NCBI GenBank assembly: GCA_951406725.2
Contig: OX597816.1
Location: 115,692,001-115,756,000, forward strand
From: Octopus vulgaris
Lineage: Eukaryota
Length of the DNA: 64,000 nt
Direction of reading: 5' to 3'
Shown in pieces: positions 38,038 through 50,801 of the stretch. Under the pieces are notes generated by a model. It had not been told where the DNA came from, did no database searches, and saw nothing but the letters and a program-made list of their open reading frames with translations. How positions within the stretch are numbered: the stretch's first letter is position 1; every line of letters starts with the position of its first letter. The position numbers and the translations under genes are program-made.

Positions 38038-38041
<4 letters not shown>
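37896..38041. mobile_element. Palindromic MITE-like element with 46-bp perfect arms
   Basis: TGTAAATGTAATATGTGACAATTATTCGGTAGCCATGATAAAACTC (37896-37941) is the exact reverse complement of 37996-38041. Confidence 0.88.
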
Positions 38042-38079
<38 letters not shown>

Positions 38080-38082
<3 letters not shown>

Positions 38083-38800
38083 AGGAAAATGCACGCCGTT
38101 TACATATATTTGATATATTTTTATACGTGAAAGAGTATTGTGCTTGTCGACCGGTTTCGCTTCCGCTAATCATATTGTAATTTCGTATTTTCTTAAGAAG
38201 ATTGTAGTCCATGTTGTGCGTGGAGATGAATCTTTAATTTGTTATTTATTCACATTTACACGACTAGTTAATTTTTTACCATTTTTTCGACAACGTAATT
38301 CTCATGGCACTGTTGGTGTATGATACAGTAGATGAGAGTCTTCGGTTTACAATTCATGTTTTCCTTCACTTTCAGTTCCTTTCCATTCTTGAAACTTTTG
38401 TTTGTTCTTTGTTCAATTATTAGATATATCCAATAAATAGGCTGTCCTCAGTTCGTTACCTGTAGTATATCTTTCTCCGATGTGAATCTCGCCTTTCTCT
38501 AAGTCTTTCGAGATGTGGCGGTTGACTTTGGTTGTTGATGATTTGTGACTGTTCAAAATAATTTATTAGAGGTTTGATGGCTGATGTAGAATTGGACGAT
38601 ATCGTTTGGCTGAATGCAGGATGCTGTGACTCCTTGGATTATGGGTGACTACAACTACAAATGGAATATTATATTTACTTTTTCGTTTTCGCTGCTAATA
38701 AGAGTGTTTCTCCGTAAGGTAGAGATCAGGATTTTTTCTGCTTTTGCTTTGGCAGGGGGGGATTTGTATTTTTGAAGGAGCATATCTAGTTCTACTAGTC
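38080..38800 (-). mobile_element. Penelope-like element 3' fragment (linker, GIY-YIG start, terminal region)
   Basis: Minus translation NIPFVVVVTHNP...RKARFTSEK...SFKNGKELKVKENMNCKPKTLIYCI..QQCHENY; downstream hammerhead-like motif. Confidence 0.75.
38141..38176 (-). ncRNA. Decayed minimal hammerhead ribozyme (PLE-associated)
   Basis: Minus strand ATGATTA (vs CUGAUGA) - GC GGAA GC (stem II) - GAAACCGGTC (palindromic stem III, GUC site); stem I not retained. Confidence 0.5.
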
Positions 38801-41182
38801 ATTTCTCTCGTCTATATATAATACACAAAATATACATACGAGGTTACTTTCTATCGTCATGCTACTTTTTATCAATTTGATTTAGTTAAGCTTGTCATTC
38901 TATATTTTGTAAGAAAGTTCATATAAGGACTTATGCATATTAGGCTTGAAGTAAATGACAAAGTTGTTTTGAAATATTGTCTAAATTGTTAGAAATTATT
39001 TACGATAATAAATTAAAATGCTAATGAGAAATAAAGACTTGCTTTCGATAAAAATAACAAACAAAAATAATGAGATTAATATTTTGCAAGAGTTATGCTT
39101 ACAATTTTAGTCCATATCTTCAGTGTCATTATCAATTTAATATTTGTCGACTTTTATTTCCAGTATGGCTGCTTTGGTTACAGCTGTCGCCTATAGAGCA
39201 TCTTTCAATACATCTTCATTTTTCCCTATCTCACCTCTTTAACCTATTTCTGCTTTGAGAATTCTCTAACATCAACTACTCCCAGTTCTTTCCTTAGAAT
39301 GTTTTATCTATTTTTATTACATCTCTCAGCGCATTTTTTCTTCTATTTCTATACATTGTCGAATACGCATTTCAAGTTTAGAGATGATAAGTCCTTACGC
39401 TAAATATAATATTAAAAATATATAATTGACTAGTACAGTTCTTAACAAATATAAGCTGTATATATCGTTAATAATATATATCATTAGTAGTATATTAAAT
39501 GTTAAGGAAACACGGACTAAGAAATTCTAAGTTCACGAAACGCTGAATACTCTAATGAGGTGGTGAATCAATTAGGAAAAATATGTTACAGTTTGTCCTG
39601 AGACGGAATGTCATCGCACGGATCCTTCAAAAATTGTTATGAATGACTGTCCATGTGAAATGGGTATGTGTGTACTTGTGGTAGTGTAGTGATAGTAGTG
39701 GTTGTAATAGTGGTGGTGTATGTATGTGTGTGTATGTGCGTGTGCCTGTGTGTATAGCGAATGTATACAAGTGAATGTAAGAGATGGAGAGAGGGAAAGA
39801 GAGATAAAGAGAGATAGAGTTTATGTATGTGAAATTCTGTAAGCATGTGCATTTGTTTAGCTTTATAAAATACTGATATATATGTAAATAAATTGTTTTA
39901 CGAATACCTAGTTGAAGCACTTAAATGTGCGATTTCAAATTCCATTAACATTGATTTTGTCCTTCATCACCTTTCAGAATCAAAGAAAAAAAAGACAAGA
40001 GGGAAAACATGAACAAGATAACATAGAGTCCAAGAGTAGAGGAGTGGAGGTGGTTGACGTCGGTGAGAATTACACAAAAAGTTACAAAGTGAAGTTATAT
40101 TGAAAATCGTATCAAATGAAAAAAAAAATTTATTTATAACAAAATTAACTTCTTTTTTTTCTGTCAGTGAGTCCATGGAATAGTGGTAAAAAAATTTTGT
40201 TGAGTAGTGATGTGATCGTTTCTTTCCTTGCTCTTTTAATGATTCTGAGAAAGAGAAGGAAAACAAGGGGGTGATGAAGTAGCCACATTAAATGATAGCT
40301 ACTCGATCGATCAAGAAGTGATAAAAAGCAAAATCGTCTTCGAGCACGGGAACGCTAAAAACCGGTCCAAATACTGCAAAGTGACTTTGCCTTAATGCAC
40401 TGGTAATAGAAAGTCCCTTAACTAGATCTAATTATTGACATATCTCCTGTAATTAATCTAAGGATGGTAACATGTATATTCCAACTCCTCTAGATTTTTT
40501 CTCTTGGAACTATAGCATCAGCTATATCAATTTTAGACAACAGAAAGTTCATGAACATAGCCCCTTTTTTTCCTTGTCTAACTTAACATTAACAGAAAAC
40601 CTGCTTTGGAAGAATTTGAACTCATAAATGGAGCTAACGATTCTCTAGAGGAGAGTAAATTGCTTTACGTATAGTATATTTAACAAAGCATCAACTTTTG
40701 AAAGTTCTGCAGTTAATCTGCACCTATTTTCGACTTCAACAACAATGATCCCTTTGCTGTTTACCTTCTTAAGCCGATCCATTTTGTTAGATGATCAAAC
40801 TACTTATACGGCTTATCAATGATCGAACATGTCTATCAGTGGACGATTTCCTATTTGACTTACTCTCGAAAATGTAAGAAGTGGTCTTTGTACAACTACA
40901 CACAAAGTGAGAATATTTGCAATACAGGTTTGCGAGAAAGTTATCTATCAATATTCTTCATAATAATGCACAACAGCATTAAAAGAAGTACAGAAAAGAG
41001 ACTAATAGCAAAATAGAGATGTATTATGCTTGCACATAATGAAGCGGAAATATAAGAGTGAGAGAAAAGTGACCAGATTTAGTGTCATATAATATGTAAA
41101 TACCTGGGAATTACATAGAGCTGAAAATGCATACACACACACATACGTGTGTGTGTGTTTGTATGAAGCAATGAGTTTCTTT

Positions 41183-41390
41183 ATGCTTAGCGGTATTTCG
41201 TGTGCTGCTACGTTCTAAGTTCAAATTCCGCCGAGGTCGACTTTGCTTTTCATCCTTTTGGGGTTGATAAATTAAGTACCAGTTATGCACCGGGGTTGAT
41301 AAAATCAACTTAATCCGTTTGTCTGTCCTTGTGTGTCCCCTCTGTGTGTAGCCCCTTGCGGGTAGTAAAGAGATAAGTAAAGAGATAAAT
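41183..41390 (+). mobile_element. 5'-truncated SINE family A variant with different 3' tail and 13-bp TSD
   Basis: B-box AGTTCAAATTCC and family A core; AATGAGTTTCTTT at 41170-41182 and 41391-41403. Confidence 0.85.
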
Positions 41391-41404
41391 AATGAGTTTC
41401 TTTT

Positions 41405-41575
41405 AATTCTTTCTAATATACGTACAAGGCCTGAAATTCTGAGGGAGAGTTATAGTCTATGGCTCTGATCCCAGTTTTCTACTGGTATATATTTTATCGA
41501 CATCGAAAGGATGAAAAGCAAAGTAGGTCTCGTCGGAATTTGAACTCAGGTTGTAAAGCCAGCCAAAATGCTGCG
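41405..41575 (-). mobile_element. SINE family A copy, inverted relative to its neighbour
   Basis: ATTTTATCGACATCGAAAGGATGAAAAGCAAAGT...GGAATTTGAACTCAG. Confidence 0.75.
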
Positions 41576-42267
41576 TGTGTATTCTTCCCCCACCTCATCC
41601 CCCTCTCCGGCATGCTATTGATTCTGCTCATTGGCTTCGAATGTATAAATAATATAATACCAAGTAGGTGCAACTACTAGAATCGTCTATAAGTGTGCGA
41701 GTGTGTATGGTTGTGTGCGTGAGATACAGAGAGAGAGAGAGAGAGAAAGAGAGAGCTCTTGTGTAAATGCAATGATTGTTTCGGATACTGGAAGTGGAGA
41801 AAGTGAAAGTATCGCAATAGACTGTTAGTCATGAGAGGGAAGAATTTTTTTTGTAAGTCGTGATGACAATGAAGATATCTGGAGGAGAGCGTTGTTGTTG
41901 AGAGGCCTAGAACGAATAGCGAAAAACAATTCGCGCGCGCGAACACACTCACTCACTCACTGATTTTATCCAGTATTTTGAGTGAGTAGAAAGGGAAGTT
42001 CAGTTTTTGTCACATTCTGAAATCTTGAAACGTTGTAAGAGGTGAAAAGTGAAGCTTCCATAGCATTTAATACATTGATAGTAGAAGTATTGTTGGTTGT
42101 GTTAGGGGAGGTACTGTTGATGCTGCAAGATTTGGTTGATGGTGATGCCGATGATAAGTCGGTGTTGCTGTTAGTATGCTGAGCGGCCTTTCGTTCTGAG
42201 CCGGAGTATTGGTTGAGTTGCTAGTAGAAGACAAATAGTAAACTTCTTCCTACTATTACTGGTGACA

Positions 42268-42590
42268 AAAGCAGCAAGCTAGCTCAATCGTTAGCAAGCT
42301 GGACAAAATGCTAAGCAGCATTTCGTCCATTCTTGTGTTCTGAGTTCAAATTCCACCGAGGTCGACTTTTTCTTTCATATTTTCGGGGTCGATAAAATAA
42401 GTACCAGTGAAGCACTGGGGTCGATGCCATTGACTAGGCCTCTCACCTAAAATGTTATGCCTTGTGCCTTTCGTAGAAAGAATTATTACTGTTGATAAAA
42501 AGGCAGCGAGCTTGCTGAATGATTAGCTCACTGGCAAAATTTCTTAGGGGGTATTTTCGTCCATCTTTACGTTGTTAGTTCAAGTTCATA
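42268..42590 (+). mobile_element. SINE family A full copy (42268-42485) plus a second head (42500-42590)
   Basis: GTTCTGAGTTCAAATTCCACCGAGGTCGACTTT...GGGGTCGATAAAATAAGTACCAGT; second AGGCAGCGAGCTTGCTGAATGATTAGC head. Confidence 0.8.
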
Positions 42591-42919
42591 AGTAACAGTG
42601 ACAAACGAAATATACACCACCGGATGTTGTTGTTGACAAACAACAGCAGCAATTTTATTCAGCTGAATATACGTCATTGATTGGTTGAAATTACCGAAAT
42701 ACGATAACTTTAACATGAAATAACTTTGAAACTATAAACTTTTCTCAACAACACTAAGAGTAAAAGATATTTTATATGACACATTCTACCAGTGTCCGAA
42801 GTTTGAAAGTGTTTATTTACTAAAAATTAATTATCCAGTATTCATGACATCTGTGAGAAGGTTTAAAAGTGGTGGTGTCGGTTAGTATTAGTAGTGTTAA
42901 TAGTATATAGTGTTAGCAT

Positions 42920-43113
42920 GTTGGTGAACTGACTGAATCGTTAGCGCGCCGAACAAAAAGCATGGAAGCTTTGCTGGCTCTGTGAATTCAAATTCCACCA
43001 CGGCTGACTTTGCCTTTTATTACTTAAGGTTCGATGGAATAGATACCAGTTGAGCACCGGGGTCGGTGTCACCCTTAAAAACTGCTTGCCATGTATCAAA
43101 ATATAAAAGAATT
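42920..43113 (+). mobile_element. SINE family A copy
   Basis: GAATCGTTAGCGCGCCGAACAAAA...AATTCAAATTCCACC...TACCAGTTGAGCACCGGGGTCG. Confidence 0.7.
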
Positions 43114-43877
43114 ATATAGTAATTTGTGGTTGGTGATGACGTTAAAGATATTGGAATTGAAGATGCTTTCAGAACAGTAATAGTGGTTGTAGTTATGTAG
43201 CTTGGACACAGAGATGGCAGTAGAGCCGAGTGTTGGTGTTCTTGGTATTTATTCCCAGGTCACTTGTGACCGATCAAACCTATTGTCAAAGGTGTTCAAT
43301 CATACCCATCCCATATTTTTGTTTTTGCCCAGTACTACATCATCTAAAGTGACATACTTTGAATGAGAGCAGGGTATCATTTGAAGGAATATGGTTGCTA
43401 TTTCTAACAGGATGATTGGCCATGTAGAGGCTTCTTCTTCGTTGGTTTTTATTTGTGATGGTAGTAGTCGTAGTGAAGGTGGTGGTGGGAAATATCGCCG
43501 CTGATGTTGTAAGAGATATCAATAAAAATTGTGATGTTGGTGAAGATAAGAGATACTAAAGTGGCGTTGACGATGGAGAAGCTGTAGCATAGGTAAGGTG
43601 TTGACTGTTGTTCACAGTGGGAGGAAAATTAATAAGGACCAGTGGAGAATAGAATATATAGGATGTGCAATGGGTAGAATGGTATTTAGCGCGGCTAAGC
43701 CTTCCACTTCCCCTGCATGACATTTTCCCACGCCCCAACACTATCCAATGGAATTTAAACCATTTTATCATGTGCTGAAATCTGTGTAATCCCTTGTGAT
43801 GGTTTCTTTTTCATCTTCTTTCTTTCCTGTTAAGGATCTCAAAGCACAAACTTTCCATTCTTTATTTATGTTTTACT

Positions 43878-44000
43878 GAGCTAGTTGTGAATTGGTAGAG
43901 TCGTTAGAATGCTGGATAAAATGCCTTGCGATATTTGCTTGGAATTCAAATCCCACCGAATCAACTACAGTTTTCATCGTTTCAGCTTGGATAAAACGTA
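43878..44000 (+). mobile_element. SINE family A 5' fragment
   Basis: GAGTCGTTAGAATGCTGGATAAAATGC...GAATTCAAATCCCACCGA. Confidence 0.55.
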
Positions 44001-45099
44001 CCTATACAGTCCAGGGAATTGGCGAACCTGTCACATCGTCAGGAATGAGAACTTGCATGCTTCGGCAAAGGTCTGTCTTTCAAAGAAACTCTTTCCCAGG
44101 CTTTCGCATACAAATTCATATGTGGTCATCCTAGCCAACGGAGAAGTGGGGGGAGAGAAAAACAGATATACATAAATACATGCAACACACAAACTAAAAA
44201 GATTGTCCTGGGATAATAGACACCATCCTTTTATTAAATATACAACACATAAGCATTAGCACAAATTTTGTAAGAGAAAAATCACTTATACTTTACGACG
44301 AATGTATGTTTATAATACCCGTGATGTATTATAGTATAAAGGATTCTAGGTCAGCGGTGTTTGGACATATTGTGACTTGTCAGTCAGAAGTACCTGGAAC
44401 AAGAGTGGGTGGTGTTGTTTATAATTTCAGCGAACAAACTCTACGCTAATCCATGCTGATATCTGCCAATGTTAATAAATTGTCATATATGCGACTAACA
44501 GCGAGATTCAAAACAATGACTTGCACCTTTATTTTTAATACGTTCCGGCAGATTCGAACATAAATATGTTAATCGCTGTTGTGTATTTCATTCTGAATTT
44601 GCCTGCAATTACGATTTCATATGACTAGTTACAAAAAAGAGATTTTCTATAGAAGACGTATTAATCTAAAACGTTTTTGCACACACACATCCCACCGCCA
44701 CTATATTATCATATCTGGAGATATGAAAACAAAATTGATATTATATTATATCAAAACTCGGAAAACGACTATCGAAACCATACATACGTTTCCTAGCTAG
44801 TAGCATTATGCAAGTGTTTTAATCGGTTTCATTCACAATGCGTCCTTGGGAAATATCTCTTGCCTAACACTTTGAAAAAAAATTAGTCCCTTTTTTTGTC
44901 AGACGTACGATTTGACTTCTCTTCTCCCTACAGCATACGAAAGCCAACTTTTACACTGTAAAACTTTGACCAACATATACCGTCATCAATTTTTTCAACT
45001 CTTGAATAAGCCTATTCTTCCTTAATATTTATATATTTCCACATGATTATTTCCACTCACCACAGTAACATAACGAAACATTTGTCACATTAAGGTATT

Positions 45100-45513
45100 C
45101 TTTCATTCTTTTATTCTTTTACTTCTTTCGGTCGTTTGACTTCGGCCATGCTGGAGCGCTGCAAATTGACCCAGGACTTATTTTTTGTATGCTAGTGCTT
45201 ATTCTATCAGTCTCTTTCGCCGAACCGCTAGATTACGGGTACATAAACACACCAACACCGACTGTCAAGCGATGGTGGGGGGACAAACACAGACACACTC
45301 ACAAATACACATACACACACGCATATATATATATATATATATATATATACGACGGTCTTCTTTCAGTCTCCGTCTATCAAATCAATTCACAAGGCTTTGG
45401 TCGGCTCAAGGCTATAGTAGAAGATACTTATCCAAGGTGCCACGCAGCGGGACTGAACTCAGAACCATGTGGTTGGGAAGCAAGCTTTTTACGACACAGC
45501 CACGCTTGCGCCT
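45100..45513 (-). mobile_element. tRNA-derived SINE family B, near complete
   Basis: Reverse complement of 49195-49640, including the internal (CA)/(TA) tract and (TTTTA/C) tail. Confidence 0.88.
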
Positions 45514-45577
45514 ATAACACGCCTGTTCATTTAGTTAGAAAGAAGTGCATACAATTTTAGGAAAATTATTTTATACC

Positions 45578-46091
45578 TAGATATAGGACAATTCGCCGTA
45601 AGGCATTTCGGCGTCGGATTATTCGCTGTAAGACAATTCACCGTGCAGATATTTAGCCTCAAGGTAAAGCGTAAGAAAAGAAGGATAAGAAATTAAAATA
45701 AAAATAATACTGATCATACACTATATTTAAGAAATAAGGCTAAAAAATCTAAAAAGCTAAAAATCATGTAAGTTCATTGAAATTGCTTCTAAAATAAATG
45801 CTAAACGACCTTTCTGCTTTTAAATTCTCATTTCAGCAATTAGCAATGCAGTTTCAAATTTAAACAAGTTTTCTGTTTTTGAATTAGCATTTCAGCAATA
45901 TCCGAAAATGACTGCTGTAAATACTATTTCTTTATCTACCTTATTTAATTAACGATGCAGTTTCAAGTTTCTAAGCTTTACGGCAAAATATCCTTGCAGC
46001 GAGATATCCGTACGCTTAATGGTCTTACGGCGAATAGTTTTACGACCAATTGTCCTTCGGCGAATTTGTTTACGGTAAATTGTCCGGTTAC
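45578..46091. mobile_element. Non-autonomous MULE-like element with 15-bp tandem subterminal repeats
   Basis: (GGACAATTCGCCGTA)-like units from 45586 and inverted units ending TTACGGTAAATTGTCC at 46085; candidate 9-bp TSD TTTTATACC / TATTATACC. Confidence 0.7.
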
Positions 46092-46629
46092 TATTATACC
46101 TTACCTGACAACACCAAACGATTTGAGTGATAAGTGCATAGTTTTTAATAATGGTAACTGCTGTTTATCTCTAAGTTGAGCCTGATCGAGCAGCTTCAAG
46201 AGCAAAAATATTCTAGCTTTAACTGTCCATCCGTTTCACATTGTCTTGTATTTATCAGATTATATTATTCCACACGGCCCTTTTGAGGCTTAAAGTGGCA
46301 GAATATAACTTAATAGATTTCCCGGTTAATTCTAACTGGCTAAGCATTCCTCTATTCTTGGTAATACCAAAACAAGTCGATGTCAGTGAATAGAAGAAAT
46401 AAGTTGAAATTATTATCACTGAATACATATATTCCATTCCATTATTATTATATACTTCATATAATAAATGCTACATATACATATCGACATTTACATTACT
46501 AGTATACAATACATACACATGAGTGTCTGTTTGTTCCATCATCTAGACGATCTACTCTATGAATTAAGGTGCCAAGGTGTTGGGTACGTCATAGGCAAAG
46601 TTTAACCATTGAATTACAAGTATAGCTCA

Positions 46630-46795
46630 TCTGACGAGCTACTATACAGTTTCCGTCTACCAAAATTCTCTTACAAATCTGGGGACGATCCGAAGTTATG
46701 GCATAGGCACTTACCAAGATACCGTGCAGCAAGATCGAACTAGGGACCTGGTGGCTGCAAAGCAAATTTCTTAACTACTCAGCTGTGACTGTGTC
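46630..46795 (-). mobile_element. Degenerate SINE family B 5' part
   Basis: CAGTTTCCGTCTACCAAA...CACTTACCAAGATACCGTGCAG...GCAAAGCAAATTTCTTAACTAC. Confidence 0.6.
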
Positions 46796-47451
46796 CAATA
46801 AATATGTACATGTTCGCACTTATGAACACTGACTGTATTTAGAAGTGCGTGTGTTTGTTACGTATTATCTTGTGTATTGCACAAACGTAGTGTTATAAAA
46901 TAGTAAAGAGACATATCTATACAAAGGCTACATAAATCTAAAGTCTGTCATGACTCATTGTTCCAGTTACCATTTATTACCCATTAAGTGCACCAATAAT
47001 ACTATTAACAACAACGAAGAACACCACAGCCAACATTTCCATAATAACTACCAACGGAAGTCATATATTCACATTTACAGTATATTTCACAGCAAATATA
47101 GCAAACTATATACAAACTTGCAGACTATAGTGGTTATTTTACTGTAGGGAATGTGTCACAAAGAAAACTTGGATTACACAGTCATAACTTGTATCACTAT
47201 ATTATCTATCACCTGAAACGCAACGCCCATATATATGAATTTGTGCGTGTCTGTACCCTCTCCCCCTCACTCTCTATATTCTTCCACTTTCTTTCTCTCT
47301 CTCTCTCTATCTCTATATATATATATATACTTATATGTGTGTGTATGTATTCTCCTGTTTATATATATATATATATATATATATACATACATACATACAT
47401 ACATATATACATACATACATACATACATACATACATACTGATACATACGTA

Positions 47452-47493
<42 letters not shown>

Positions 47494-48131
47494 TACTGAT
47501 ACATATATACGCACAAGTACACATAAGTGTATGTGTGTTTGTGCGTGTTTGTGTATGTATGTGTCGTGGAATGTGAGAGTGTGTTTGTTTGGCTGATGTG
47601 TGTAAATATATTCGAATATTTTCGTTAGGACATGAGAAATAAAACTAGGATTAGAAAAGGAAGAAAATGAATTCAAAACTAATCTCTAATGTAACAGTTT
47701 TTAATTGAGGTACAATTTTGGGGGTAGACCCAATTAGTTGACTGATACTTTATCTTTTGATTCCAGAGTGTTGAAAGAGAAACCTAACCGCGACACGATT
47801 TAAAATCAAAAAACAATGAGCTGAAAAAGAAACACATCACTAGAAATGTAAAAATTTGTAAAACTTACCAGAATTTTATCATTCAAGTATATATACCCAT
47901 GTCTAGACATGTAATTGTATGCATGAGAACATATGTAAAATAAAGCATAGAAATGTGCGCATATACACACATAAATGCAAAAATATCCCGTTGATGTATT
48001 GTTGAAATTCCATGAAAGAGCTTTTGATCTAGATTAGAGACCGGCTGTCTCTCTTTTGGCAAGAGATTTTAAAATAAAAAATTGAATAATGACACATACA
48101 TACATATACATACATATATATACATACATAC

Positions 48132-48248
<117 letters not shown>

Positions 48249-49194
48249 CATACTTACATATATATATATACATGCATAACTCAACAGGTCAAATTATTAC
48301 GTTGTTTTCTGAAACAGAATTAATCAGACCCATGTTCAAAAGGCATTGAAACCATGTCACTCAAAGTCGTGAAAATTGCCTAGAACTACATCATGCAATC
48401 TGTCCATATCTGTCGAGATGGTAAAATGTACTTTGAGAGGAGTTTTGAAGGTATCTCTATCAGGTTGAAATACCCCGTAGTCTCCTGTATTGGGTTTATG
48501 TTCATAATATAGTTAGTGTATTTGAGAAGATTTGGACTAGCTGTAAGCGTAACACATCTATAATCAAAAGTGTTCATGGTGTGACAATCCTATCTCTCAT
48601 GATTATTTTCTGATAGTTATCGATGACTTCATATTAATATTGTTCCTCACTTACTTAAGACGGTAATGTATGATTTGTGGCATATTTAGCTGTCATTCGA
48701 TATAAAACAAGCAACTATGTGTTGCGAGGTATTTTAGAACCTGTTGTAAAATGTGTCTAAGAATCTGTGAGAGTACAAAATTATCAGTATTTAAATAAAT
48801 ATTGAATTACTGTTTGGTTTTAAGGCTGAAACTGTTTTCATTTTGGGTTTTTAGAGACTGTGCCAATGGATTTCAAATTTGAATAAAGGTAAAATTTCGT
48901 CCACAGTATTGATTTCCAACATCCCCTAATGTAGAAGCAGTCTGAAGACGATATTATAGAAGATGGATATATTTAAAAGTCAACTACCTTTGAATGCGCA
49001 TTATTTTGTTTTAATGGGGTTCGGATTATGAACATGTTGGTAGGGCACTGAGTTTGTTTCCTGGAGTAAGAAACTTCATTTCAAGTTGCTCTACCTACTC
49101 AGCAGTAAAATTGAACCAACCGAGAGCTGGGGCATCGCTATTTCTCTCCATCTATCACATACAGGCCGTGCTGCTGGATTAAGTTTGACATGAT

Positions 49195-49354
49195 GCGCAG
49201 GAGGGGTTGTGTGGTAAGTAGCTTGCTTACCAACCCCATGGTTCCGGGTTCAGTCTCACTGCGTGGCACCTTGGGCAAGTGTCTTCTACTATAGCCTCGG
49301 CTGACGGAAACTGAAATGGATTTGGTTGACGGAAACTGAAAGAAGCCCGTCGTA

Positions 49355-49425
<71 letters not shown>

Positions 49426-49640
49426 GTGTGTATATGTCTGTGTGCCTGTGTTTGTCCCCCCAACATCGTTTGACAACCGATCCTGGTATGTTTACGTCCC
49501 CGTAACATAGCGGCTCGGCAAAAGTGACCGATAGAATAAGTACTAGGCTTACAAAGAATAAGTCCTGGGGTCGATTTATTCGACTAAAGGCGGTGCTCCA
49601 GCATGGCCGCAGTCAAATGGCTGAAACAAGTAAAAGAGTA
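49195..49640 (+). mobile_element. tRNA-derived SINE family B, complete, with internal (TA)n and short TSD
   Basis: A-box-like GGTTGTGTGG, B-box-like GGTTCAGTCTC, GGCACCTTGGGCAAGTGTCTT core, tail AAACAAGTAAAAGAG; ATGATGC repeated at 49190 and 49640. Confidence 0.9.
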
Positions 49641-50339
49641 TGATGCCAATGGTTATTCCTGACTATATATGCATTCTAAAGCAATTAATGAAAGCCGGGT
49701 TTAAGATACCGATCCACCCTCACTCTTGAGTGACTGCTGGACAATGGCATTGGGCAATATATGACCGGACATCCACGTAAAAATTGCAATCTCTTTTTGC
49801 TAACCACTGCATCTCATATTTTGAAGGAAGATGAAATCAAGCAACTAGTTCTAGTAACATTTACAGGGAAAAGAAACTAGACTTCAAACTCAACTCGTCA
49901 GAAACTTACCTATTACACGGTGACACTTACTACTATGAATAAAAAAAAATAGAAAGGAAAATAGGCAGAAACTGGTTAGTCTATATAGTATAGAAAGAAG
50001 TGCATAAAGATTTACCATTATTTTTGTCATTACATGTTGTATCACTTTTGTTTTCTTTGTATCGCATTAGCTTAAATATATTTTTTCTTTTCCTTTTATA
50101 TTATGTTTATTCTATTTCGTTTCTTTTAGAAATTTCATCATTTGGTTGGTTTAAGCTTATATTGCTTTCCATTTGTTTTTACTATGTTTTTCGCGATATT
50201 TTTTACATCACTCTCGTTAAAGAAATTTAAATTTATCTTGAAGTAAACATAATTTTGATGCTTGACGATGGAAGCAAATCATTTGAAATTTCAAAGATTT
50301 TACAAATGTAACGATCATTATTTCTTCTACAGCACTTAT

Positions 50340-50356
50340 GTAATAACAATAATAAC

Positions 50357-50443
<87 letters not shown>
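50340..50443. repeat. (TAA)n microsatellite
   Basis: Visible directly. Confidence 0.95.
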
Positions 50444-50444
<1 letters not shown>

Positions 50445-50750
50445 TCAAATGAAAAGAAATATTTAAGTCATAAAATTATTTATTTTATAAGTATATTTTT
50501 CATTTGAGTTTTACTTTTCTTCTTGGATATTTGAAAAAACAAAAGAATGGAAAGAAAAATTAAAAGAAAAATAAACAAGTAACTTCCCACAGAAAGGAAA
50601 AATCCTGATTTTGTTTTAAGATTTTTTTAGGATAGTGGAAGTGGAGGAATGTAGAGGTGGCTGAAGGAAGGAATAAAAGACAGTTTAGTAAAATAAACAT
50701 CTGTAAATATAGAACTGGAATAAAATTTAAAAATACTTGTATATAAGCAC

Positions 50751-50801
<51 letters not shown>

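Noticed and set aside
45586-45660. Regular short repeats suggesting a CRISPR-like array
   Set aside because: Units are 15-bp tandem repeats with no unique spacers, mirrored at the other end as a TIR; eukaryotic context with no cas genes.
49195-49265. tRNA-like A/B boxes as a tRNA gene
   Set aside because: No full cloverleaf, and it continues into SINE body and tail; the same applies to the family A heads.
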